Source: Bacillales bacterium UBA4855
GTDB taxonomy: Bacteria > Bacillota_I > Bacilli_A > RFN20 > CAG-826
Assembly: GCA_002399785.1 (NCBI GenBank)
Contig: DHEH01000010.1
Location: 68,106-132,105 of the forward strand
Direction: 5' to 3'
Length of the DNA: 64,000 bases
Shown here: piece after piece, positions 35,688 to 43,862 of the stretch
How positions within the stretch are numbered: position 1 is the first letter of the stretch
Layout of the letters: each line of letters opens with the position of its first letter
Program-made: the position numbers and the translations under genes
The notes under the pieces: model-generated
Database searches by the model: none
What the model was told of the DNA's origin: nothing
The model's input: the letters and a program-made list of their open reading frames with translations, nothing else

Positions 35688-37040
35688 ATGAAATTTAGTG
35701 CATTTAATTTAAAAAAAGACGTAGTAAATTGTTTAAATCAATTAAACTATATTACGCCAACTTCTGTTCAAGAAGTTGTTATTCCTAAAGCCCTTAAAGG
35801 CGAAAGTGTTGTTGTTCAAAGTGAAACCGGAACCGGAAAAACACATAGTTTTTTAATTCCAATTATTAATAATGTTGAATATAACGGAAAAATTCAAGCC
35901 TTAGTAATTTCTCCAACTAGAGAATTGGCTAGACAAACTTACATTTTTGCAAAACAATTTTGCAAACATTTACCAAAATTAAAAGTAAAAATGTTTGTTA
36001 GTGGTGAAGATTCAAAAAAAGATTTGAATTCTTTTAAAAACGAAGCTGAGATCATTATTGCTACCCCCGGTAAGCTTAATTATTTAATAGAAAATAGTGA
36101 TATAGACTTAACAAATATAAAAACCCTTGTTTTAGATGAAGCAGATATGCTTATGGAAGATAGTTTTCTTTCTGATATCGACAAGATTATTAAAAAGTTA
36201 GTTAAACCTCAAATTGAAGTTTTTAGCGCCACAATCAACAAAAAAGTAGAATTTTTTCTAAAAAAATATATTTCGGCGGATTATGTACTTACAATTTCGA
36301 AAGGAAGAACCAGTAAAACTGTAAATCATTATTTCATTAATACTAAACACAGTGATTTATTAGAATCAGTAATGAAGTTTATAAGCATTAAAAACCCATT
36401 TTTATTATTAATTTTTACCAATTCTAAAGAAGAAACAAAGAAATTATATACTTATTTATGTAGTCAAAAACTTAAATGTGGAATATTAAGCGGTGACCTC
36501 GAATCACGCGAAAGAAGATCGATGTTAAGAAGAATTAATGCTTACGATTTCCAAATTGTTGTTTGCACAGATATTGCAAGTAGAGGACTTGACATTAACG
36601 ATGTAACCGATGTTTTAAGCATCGGTTTACCAAATAATCTTGAATATTATTATCATAGAGCTGGACGAACCGGACGCAATTATAAGGAAGGAAATTCATT
36701 TGTTTTTTATGATTCTGATCATGTTGAATTGCCATTAAAATTAATCGATAACGGCTTAACTCCTGCCTTTTTAAAGTTTAAAGATGATGAATTAGTCGAA
36801 GACACACCAATTATTAGACCTAAAAAAGTATTTAAAAGAAAAGATGTTGAACTTAATCGAGAAATTCAAAAAGCTAAACACGAAGCAACTAGTAAAAAAG
36901 TTAAACCTAACTACAAAAAGAAAGTTTCTTTAGCTATAGATAAAGTCAAAAAAAGACATAAACGTGAAATAATCAAAAAAGATATTCGTCGCCAAATGAA
37001 CGAAAGATACAAAAAAGAAGGTAGAAATAGGGATGAATAA
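35688..37040 (+). CDS. DEAD-box ATP-dependent RNA helicase (CshB-like)
   Basis: Q motif, TGTGKT, DEAD, SAT, HRAGRTGR, basic C-terminal tail. Confidence 0.9.
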   Translation: MKFSAFNLKKDVVNCLNQLNYITPTSVQEVVIPKALKGESVVVQSETGTGKTHSFLIPIINNVEYNGKIQALVISPTRELARQTYIFAKQFCKHLPKLKVKMFVSGEDSKKDLNSFKNEAEIIIATPGKLNYLIENSDIDLTNIKTLVLDEADMLMEDSFLSDIDKIIKKLVKPQIEVFSATINKKVEFFLKKYISADYVLTISKGRTSKTVNHYFINTKHSDLLESVMKFISIKNPFLLLIFTNSKEETKKLYTYLCSQKLKCGILSGDLESRERRSMLRRINAYDFQIVVCTDIASRGLDINDVTDVLSIGLPNNLEYYYHRAGRTGRNYKEGNSFVFYDSDHVELPLKLIDNGLTPAFLKFKDDELVEDTPIIRPKKVFKRKDVELNREIQKAKHEATSKKVKPNYKKKVSLAIDKVKKRHKREIIKKDIRRQMNERYKKEGRNRDE

Positions 37041-37935
37041 CGATTTAATTATCGGAAGTCATATAACAATGACTGGTCCTGATTATTTTTTAGGATCAGT
37101 TAAAAGTGCCATATCTTATGAGGAAACTGCCTTTATGTTCTATACTGGAGCCCCTCAAAATACAGTTCGCTCCCCTCTTGAAAAATTAAAAATCAAAGAA
37201 GGGTTGGAATTATTAAAAAACAGTGACATAAAAATTCAAAATGTTATTGTTCATGCGCCTTATTTAATAAATTTAGCAAATACAATAAAAGCTGATATTT
37301 TTGACTTAAGTGTTAATTTTCTTGTTTCTGAACTTAAAAGAACAGCTGCATTTGGAGTAACAAAAATAGTACTACATCCTGGAGCTCACTTGCAAGCAGG
37401 TAAAGAAAAAGGTTTAAATCAATTGATTAAAGGTTTAGACATTGCAATGGACAAAGACGGAACAAATGTAACAATATGTTTAGAAACTATGGCCGGAAAA
37501 GGTAGTGAAATAGGCGTTACTTTTGAAGATTTAGCTTACGTAATCAACAATTCAAAGCATAACGATCGTTTAGGTGTTTGTTTAGACACTTGTCATATTA
37601 ATGATTTCGGCTATTGCGTAGCTGAACTAGAACAAATACTTAATGAATTTGACCGAATTATTGGATTAGATAAATTAATGGTAATTCATTTAAACGATTC
37701 AAAAAGTGAACGTTATAGCCATAAAGATCGCCATGAAAATATCGGTTACGGAACGATAGGTTTTGAAACTTTATTAAAATGGGCATATGAACCAAGATTA
37801 AAAAATGTTCCAAAAATTTTAGAAACCCCATACATAGATGGTGTTGCACCTTATAAAAATGAGATTTTAATGATTAGAAATAAAAAATTTGATGCAAACT
37901 TAAAAGAAAAACCTGATATTATTTCACTTTTTTAA
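37033..37935 (+). CDS. nfo: Endonuclease IV
   Basis: 300 aa; AP endonuclease family 2 His/Glu/Asp metal ligands (HAPY, HPG, LETMAGKG, HLND). Confidence 0.88.
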   Translation: MNNDLIIGSHITMTGPDYFLGSVKSAISYEETAFMFYTGAPQNTVRSPLEKLKIKEGLELLKNSDIKIQNVIVHAPYLINLANTIKADIFDLSVNFLVSELKRTAAFGVTKIVLHPGAHLQAGKEKGLNQLIKGLDIAMDKDGTNVTICLETMAGKGSEIGVTFEDLAYVINNSKHNDRLGVCLDTCHINDFGYCVAELEQILNEFDRIIGLDKLMVIHLNDSKSERYSHKDRHENIGYGTIGFETLLKWAYEPRLKNVPKILETPYIDGVAPYKNEILMIRNKKFDANLKEKPDIISLF

Positions 37936-38986
37936 ATGTATCGATTTCGGCAAAAAGCGCTTTTAAAGCATCTTTTTCTTTAACTTTTGCAATTTCTTTT
38001 CCTTTTTTGAAAATAATAAAGTCATGCCCAGCACCAGCTAAACCTAAATCAGCATCTTTTGCTTCGTTAATTCCGTTTACTGGACATCCCATAATAGCAA
38101 CTTTGATGTTAATATTGTTATCTTCAAGATATTTTAAAGTTTTTTCACAATAAACTTTAATATTTTTAACCATTGTTCTTCCGCAAGTAGGACAACTAAT
38201 TAATGTAGGATAATTAGAATATAAACCTAAATCATGCAACAATCTTTTAGCAGTAATAATCTCTTTATAGGGATCCTTTGTTAAAGAAATTCTGATAGTG
38301 GAGCCAATGCCTTCTAAAATTAAAGGACTCAATACAGAAATTGATCTTATAATTCCAACTTCATCAAAACCAGATTCAGTAACACCAATATGAATTGGGT
38401 AATTAGTCTTTTTTGCAATCATTCTGTAAGCTATTAAAGTAACATCAGGAGAGCTAGATTTAACGCTGAGAACAATATTATCGAAATTGTGTTCTTCAAA
38501 ATATTTAACATATTCTAAAGTTTTATCAACTAAAGCTTTAGCAATCTTTTCGTTATCTTTCTTTTCTTCTTTACTTATTTTCAAACTACCTTCATTAACG
38601 CCAATACGAATTGGAATACGGTCACGATGCGCAATTTTTAATAGAACGTTCAACTTATCATTATTGTTAATGTTTCCTGGATTTATTCTTATAGCATCAG
38701 CACCTGCACCAATAGCTTTTAAGGCAAAATCCAATGAATAATGAATATCACATATAACAGGTATGGAAACTTTTTCTTTTATCTTGGTAATAGCGGAAAC
38801 ATCATCATTATCTTGAATCGAGACACGCATCATTGAAGCACCTAAGCGAGCGCATTCATTAATTTGCTTTATAACTTTTTTATAATTACTTGTCTTTATA
38901 TCACACATCGATTGAATTAATATTTTGTTTGATCCACCAAGCGTAACATTGCCAATTTTTATCTTTTTTGTTTCGATTCTATTCAT
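37919..38986 (-). CDS. ispG: 4-hydroxy-3-methylbut-2-en-1-yl diphosphate synthase
   Basis: MNRIETKKIKIGNVTLGG...IQSM N-terminus, C-terminal CPTCGR...GCPVNG Fe-S motif. The track ORF extends 10 codons further upstream, to 39016. Confidence 0.88.
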   Translation of the reverse strand: MNRIETKKIKIGNVTLGGSNKILIQSMCDIKTSNYKKVIKQINECARLGASMMRVSIQDNDDVSAITKIKEKVSIPVICDIHYSLDFALKAIGAGADAIRINPGNINNNDKLNVLLKIAHRDRIPIRIGVNEGSLKISKEEKKDNEKIAKALVDKTLEYVKYFEEHNFDNIVLSVKSSSPDVTLIAYRMIAKKTNYPIHIGVTESGFDEVGIIRSISVLSPLILEGIGSTIRISLTKDPYKEIITAKRLLHDLGLYSNYPTLISCPTCGRTMVKNIKVYCEKTLKYLEDNNINIKVAIMGCPVNGINEAKDADLGLAGAGHDFIIFKKGKEIAKVKEKDALKALFAEIDTFKKVK

Positions 38987-39149
38987 ACGTTCTTCATTAT
39001 AATTGAACCACACCAAATAATCTATAAAAACAAGGTTATAATACCAAAAAAATACGTATTGTTAATTATAAATATATATTTATAAATCTTTCTTTTTAAC
39101 ATTAGTTGTGATATATTAATCAAGCATATTTTACAAAGGAGATTTTATT

Positions 39150-39311
39150 ATGGCAAAAGGTAGTAGAGATTCAATTATACTTAAATGTACTGTATGCGGC
39201 GAAGAAGCTTACATTACAAGTAAAAACAAAAAGAATCACCCAGACAAATTACAACAAGAAAAGTACTGTCCACATTGCAGAAAAAAGACTTTATTTAAAG
39301 AGAAGAAATAA
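39150..39311 (+). CDS. rpmG: 50S ribosomal protein L33
   Basis: 53 aa MAKGSRDSIILKCTVCGEEAYITSKNKKN...CPHCRKKTLFKEKK, preceded by AAAGGAG. Absent from the ORF track (<60 aa). Confidence 0.9.
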   Translation: MAKGSRDSIILKCTVCGEEAYITSKNKKNHPDKLQQEKYCPHCRKKTLFKEKK

Positions 39312-39949
39312 TGATTAAAACTTTTAGGTATGATGATGATGTCGATGAATTTAGCGCTAATACATATGTAATAGGCGAAAAAAATCAAGGTTGCATTGTA
39401 ATCGATTTAGGTTCTACAACCGATAGAGTCATTAAATACATAAAAGAAAATCATGCTTCAAGTGTTTTAGGTGTCTTATTAACTCACGGTCATTTCGATC
39501 ATATCAGGGGCTTGAATAAATTCTTAAAGAAATTTCCATGTACTGTTTTTATCGATAGAAACGAAGTTGAAATGCTTAATAACACAAGATTGAATGGTTC
39601 TGTTACATTTGATGAAGAAATAACTGTTAATTATAACAATTTATATTTATTAGATGATGAAGACGAAATAAATTTTGGCAACGGATACTTGTTTAAAGTC
39701 ATTGAGACTCCAGGACATACTCGCGGATCAGTTTGCTTCGAATTAGATAAAGAAAAAGCCATCTTTACTGGCGATACTCTTTTTAAAAATAGTGTAGGTC
39801 GAACAGATTTACCAACAGGATCAATTAAAAGCATGAATCAATCACTAGAAAGAATTAAGCATCTTCCAATAGATTTAACAATCTATCCTGGACACGGTGA
39901 TTATTCAAATTTAAAAAAAGAATTAGAAACTAATGTTTATTTAAAATAG
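39311..39949 (+). CDS. MBL-fold metallo-hydrolase
   Basis: THGHFDH, TPGHT, GDTLF motifs. ATG overlaps the rpmG stop (TAATG). Confidence 0.8.
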   Translation: MIKTFRYDDDVDEFSANTYVIGEKNQGCIVIDLGSTTDRVIKYIKENHASSVLGVLLTHGHFDHIRGLNKFLKKFPCTVFIDRNEVEMLNNTRLNGSVTFDEEITVNYNNLYLLDDEDEINFGNGYLFKVIETPGHTRGSVCFELDKEKAIFTGDTLFKNSVGRTDLPTGSIKSMNQSLERIKHLPIDLTIYPGHGDYSNLKKELETNVYLK

Positions 39950-39960
39950 GAGGAAGTTTT

Positions 39961-40518
39961 ATGAACGCAACAGAATTAAGACCTGGCAATTACTATGAAG
40001 ATAGTAATGAATTATTGCTTGTTATTGATATTTTATTAAACAAAACAGCAATGAGAAAGATGGTTGCAAAAGTTAAAGTTAAAAACGTAAGAACTGGTTC
40101 TATAACCGAAAAGAGTTATAACTCTGGCTATAACGTCGAAACCGTCAGATTGGAAAAAAATAAAATGAATTATCTATATGATGATGGAACTTCATTTGTT
40201 TTTATGGATCAAACAACTTACAACCAAATTGAAATTGCTCACGACAAACTCGAATGGGAAAAACAATTCTTGAAAGAGAACCTTGAAGTTGAAATCGTTT
40301 CATACGATGAAGAAATTTTAGGTATTAATCTTCCTGCTAAGGTCGCTTTAAAGATTACACACTGTGAACCAGCCGTTAGAGGTGATACAGTTAACAAAGC
40401 TACAAAAGAAGCAACATTAGAAACCGGATTAAAAGTTAGAGTTCCTTTATTCATTAATGATGGTGAAAACGTTTTAGTTAGAACTGACAACGCTCAATAC
40501 GACGGTAGAGCTAACTAA
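39961..40518 (+). CDS. efp: Elongation factor P
   Basis: 185 aa; EF-P KOW/OB domains. Confidence 0.9.
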   Translation: MNATELRPGNYYEDSNELLLVIDILLNKTAMRKMVAKVKVKNVRTGSITEKSYNSGYNVETVRLEKNKMNYLYDDGTSFVFMDQTTYNQIEIAHDKLEWEKQFLKENLEVEIVSYDEEILGINLPAKVALKITHCEPAVRGDTVNKATKEATLETGLKVRVPLFINDGENVLVRTDNAQYDGRAN

Positions 40519-40532
40519 GCGAGGACACTAAA

Positions 40533-40751
40533 ATGGATCGGTGGCAAATATTATTAATATGTATAGCTTGCGTAATTGCTAGTGCCGTTGCAACATTCTT
40601 TATCACTCGTCATTTCTTTCAAAAACAAATGGAGGAAAATCCTCCAATTAATGAAGACATGATCAGAGCAATGTATATGCAAATGGGAAGAAAACCTAGT
40701 GAAGCACAAATTAGAGCTGTCATGAATAACGTTAACAAACACAAAAAATAA
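40533..40751 (+). CDS. yneF: UPF0154 family small membrane protein (YneF)
   Basis: 72 aa, one TM helix then ...NPPINEDMIRAMYMQMGRKPSE.... Adjacent to plsY-parE-parC as yneF is in B. subtilis. Confidence 0.8.
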   Translation: MDRWQILLICIACVIASAVATFFITRHFFQKQMEENPPINEDMIRAMYMQMGRKPSEAQIRAVMNNVNKHKK

Positions 40752-40765
40752 AAATTCTTAATACA

Positions 40766-40796
40766 AAAAAACGACCATAAATAGTGGTCGTTTTTC
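40766..40796 (+). terminator. Rho-independent terminator after yneF
   Basis: CGACCA-TAAATA-GTGGTCG followed by TTTTT. Confidence 0.7.
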
Positions 40797-40898
40797 TATG
40801 CTCGTATTTTAATTTTTTTGAACTTTTGTTGCATCTATTTTAAATAGCGAAGTATTATTAAACGCTAAAGAAAAAAATAATTAACGAAAAATTGTCAA

Positions 40899-40924
40899 TT
40901 AAAAACGCGATAACAATCGCGTTA
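40899..40924 (-). terminator. Rho-independent terminator after plsY (minus strand)
   Basis: On the minus strand: AACGCGAT-TGTT-ATCGCGTT followed by TTTTT. Confidence 0.7.
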
Positions 40925-40993
40925 TTTTGATATGTGGAATAAATATAGTTATTTATCCACATTACTAGATATATACTAAAAATCTACTAATTA

Positions 40994-41758
40994 TTATTTT
41001 AACCAGGTTATTTTTCTTTCGCTTCCTGCCGTGATACTTTTAATATTTTCTCTATGTCTAAAGACCAATAATAACCAAGCAAATGTACAAACTATAGGAT
41101 AGTAAATTGAGCATTGAGGGCCGAAGTCGAACCACATCATATATTGAACTGGGCCAACATTTGTAGCAGTGAAAGTTAATGCGTAAACAATATAACATAT
41201 CCAACTATAAATCATAGCTGTTCCAGAAGATACAATGCTTGAAAGCGAAACATATTTTGTTTTCTTTAAAGTAATAAAGAATACAGGAAAGAAAACCGGA
41301 ATTGCAATGTATGTTAAACAAAGTTGAGTTCCTGCATAAGTCGAAACAACCTTTCCTCCTTTAAATTTTATATAGATAGAATAGGCGTGCCCAAATATTG
41401 CAGAAAAAGGAACTATATAATAACAAAGTTGCCCTAAAGTATTTCCTTCACCATAAACATTAAAATCTTGATTCGTGCCAAGCATATAATTTTTAATGGG
41501 TTCGTTAAATTCAAAAAGATAAATAGCAATAATCGTAGGTATTAAAACTTTTAAAATATCTAAAACAATCGCAAGAATTCCAAATTTTTTGCCTAAAACT
41601 CTTCCGGTATTAGTTCCTCCAATATTATGAGATCCATAATTACGAACATCTTTATGCCCAAACATCCATCCCAAAATTAATCCGTTTGGAATACTTCCAA
41701 AAAGATAACCAGTTAAGAAACATGCAATAACAATAAGAGTTTTGTACAATATATCCAT
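40994..41758 (-). CDS. plsY: Glycerol-3-phosphate acyltransferase PlsY
   Basis: 254 aa multi-pass membrane protein; PlsY motifs (GSGNIGGTN, HNIGG). Confidence 0.85.
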   Translation of the reverse strand: MDILYKTLIVIACFLTGYLFGSIPNGLILGWMFGHKDVRNYGSHNIGGTNTGRVLGKKFGILAIVLDILKVLIPTIIAIYLFEFNEPIKNYMLGTNQDFNVYGEGNTLGQLCYYIVPFSAIFGHAYSIYIKFKGGKVVSTYAGTQLCLTYIAIPVFFPVFFITLKKTKYVSLSSIVSSGTAMIYSWICYIVYALTFTATNVGPVQYMMWFDFGPQCSIYYPIVCTFAWLLLVFRHRENIKSITAGSERKITWLK

Positions 41759-41916
41759 AACGAAAATTATAAAGTAAACTTCTTATTTTTGCCACATTAT
41801 TAATGTGTATTAATTTTTTATGTAAATGATGTTTTTATAAGGCTAAAACAATATAAAATTAACTTAATTTATGTACTATAATAATGTATAATGAACACTG
41901 AAACAAAATTATTATT

Positions 41917-43860
41917 ATGGCTGTAACTAACGAATATAACGCAAACTCAATTGAATTACTAAGTGGTCTTGAAGGTGTAAGAAAAAGACCAGGAATGTAT
42001 ATAGGAAGCACAAACTCTTATGGTTTGCATCATTTAGTATGGGAAATTATCGACAATTCTATCGATGAAGCTTTGAATGGTTTTGGAAATAAAATTTCTC
42101 TTACAATCCATAAAGATAATTCTATAACAGTAAGCGATGAAGGTAGAGGCATACCTTGTGACATCAATAAGCAAACAGGAAAACCTGCAGTTGAGCTTAT
42201 TTTTACTACTCTTCATAGTGGAGGAAAATTTTCAGATACTGCTTATAAAGCCAGCGGTGGTCTTCATGGAGTCGGTAGTAGCGTCACTAATGCTTTAAGT
42301 GAATATACCGATGTTACTGTATATACAAATAATAAAATCTATAACATCCGATTTGAACGTGGAGAAAAAATAGCTGTTCCTCTTCATGTTGTTGGAAATA
42401 CAATAAAACACGGCACAACCGTAACATTTAAACCAGATAAAGCGATTTTTTCTGATATTAATTTTAGTTATGATCGTATTGCTAGTCATCTTCAAGAATC
42501 TGCTTTTTTATTAAGAAAAGTTAGATTCATTTTAATTGATGAAAGAAGTGGCTCAAAAGATGAGTTCTTTTATGAAAACGGAATTAGTGAATATGTTAGT
42601 GAAATAAATCAAAATAAAACACCTTTAGGACAAGTTCTTGATTTTGAAGGAGTAGATAACCAAATTAATGTCGAAATCGCTCTTCAATATTGTTATAACG
42701 ATTACAACGAAACAATTCGATCTTACGTAAATAATGTTCATACAATAGATGGTGGAACTCACGAAATTGGTTTTAAAAGTGGAATAACTAAAGCAGTTAA
42801 TGATTACGCCGATAATAACGATCTTTTAAGAGGTAAAATGAAACTTGAGGGAAGCGATATTCGTGAAGGGTTAACTGCAATTGTTAGTTTAAGACTTCCT
42901 GAATCTATTCTTGAATTCGAAGGTCAAACAAAAACTAAACTTGGTACACAAATTGCTCAAACAGTTGTGAGTAATTTAATTTACAATAAAATGACTTATT
43001 ATTTAAATGAAAATAAAGAGTTTGCTGTTCGCTTAATTAAAAAATGCCAAGATAGTGCAAACGCACGTTTAGCTGCAAGAAAAGCTAAAGATGAATTAAG
43101 AAATAAAAAGAAAAATAAAGATAATGTTATCTTAAGTGATAAATTAACACCTGCTCAATCAAAAGATTATAACCAAAACGAATTATTTATCGTTGAAGGA
43201 GATTCCGCAGGAGGAACTGCAAAGAAAGGAAGAAACCCAATCCATCAAGCGATTCTTCCACTTAGAGGAAAACCACTCAATACCGACTCTTTGACCATGG
43301 ATAAAATTTTAAATAATGTCGAATTTGCCACAATTATTAATACAATCGGTGCTGGAGCTGGTCAAAATTTTGATGTTAAAGAAATACATTATAATAAAGT
43401 TATTATTATGACCGATGCTGATACAGATGGTGCTCATATTCAAACTTTACTTTTAACATTCTTTTATAATTATATGAGAAGTTTAATTACTGAAGGTCAT
43501 GTTTTTGTGGCTGTCCCACCTTTATATCGCATATATAAAGAGGATAGATACGGAAATATTAATATTGAAAAATATGCTTGGGATGACGACGGATTAGAAA
43601 AAGAAAAAAAAGAAGTTGGAGCCGGATACAAAGTAAGTCGTTATAAAGGACTTGGGGAAATGAGCGATAAACAACTCAAAACTACAACCATGGACCCTAA
43701 ACATCGTCTTTTAATTCAAGTTTCTATTGATGACCCATTAAATGTAGAAAACAAAGTTGCTATTTTGATGGGGAAAGACGCAGACAAACGTAAAAGATGG
43801 CTTGAACAAAACGTTGATTTTAACGATAATGACGAATTTATCAAGGAGGTAACAAAATAA
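41917..43860 (+). CDS. parE: DNA topoisomerase IV subunit B
   Basis: GHKL ATPase and TOPRIM domains. Assigned ParE rather than GyrB by context yneF-plsY-parE-parC, with no dnaA/dnaN/recF nearby. Confidence 0.8.
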   Translation: MAVTNEYNANSIELLSGLEGVRKRPGMYIGSTNSYGLHHLVWEIIDNSIDEALNGFGNKISLTIHKDNSITVSDEGRGIPCDINKQTGKPAVELIFTTLHSGGKFSDTAYKASGGLHGVGSSVTNALSEYTDVTVYTNNKIYNIRFERGEKIAVPLHVVGNTIKHGTTVTFKPDKAIFSDINFSYDRIASHLQESAFLLRKVRFILIDERSGSKDEFFYENGISEYVSEINQNKTPLGQVLDFEGVDNQINVEIALQYCYNDYNETIRSYVNNVHTIDGGTHEIGFKSGITKAVNDYADNNDLLRGKMKLEGSDIREGLTAIVSLRLPESILEFEGQTKTKLGTQIAQTVVSNLIYNKMTYYLNENKEFAVRLIKKCQDSANARLAARKAKDELRNKKKNKDNVILSDKLTPAQSKDYNQNELFIVEGDSAGGTAKKGRNPIHQAILPLRGKPLNTDSLTMDKILNNVEFATIINTIGAGAGQNFDVKEIHYNKVIIMTDADTDGAHIQTLLLTFFYNYMRSLITEGHVFVAVPPLYRIYKEDRYGNINIEKYAWDDDGLEKEKKEVGAGYKVSRYKGLGEMSDKQLKTTTMDPKHRLLIQVSIDDPLNVENKVAILMGKDADKRKRWLEQNVDFNDNDEFIKEVTK

Positions 43861-43862
43861 TT

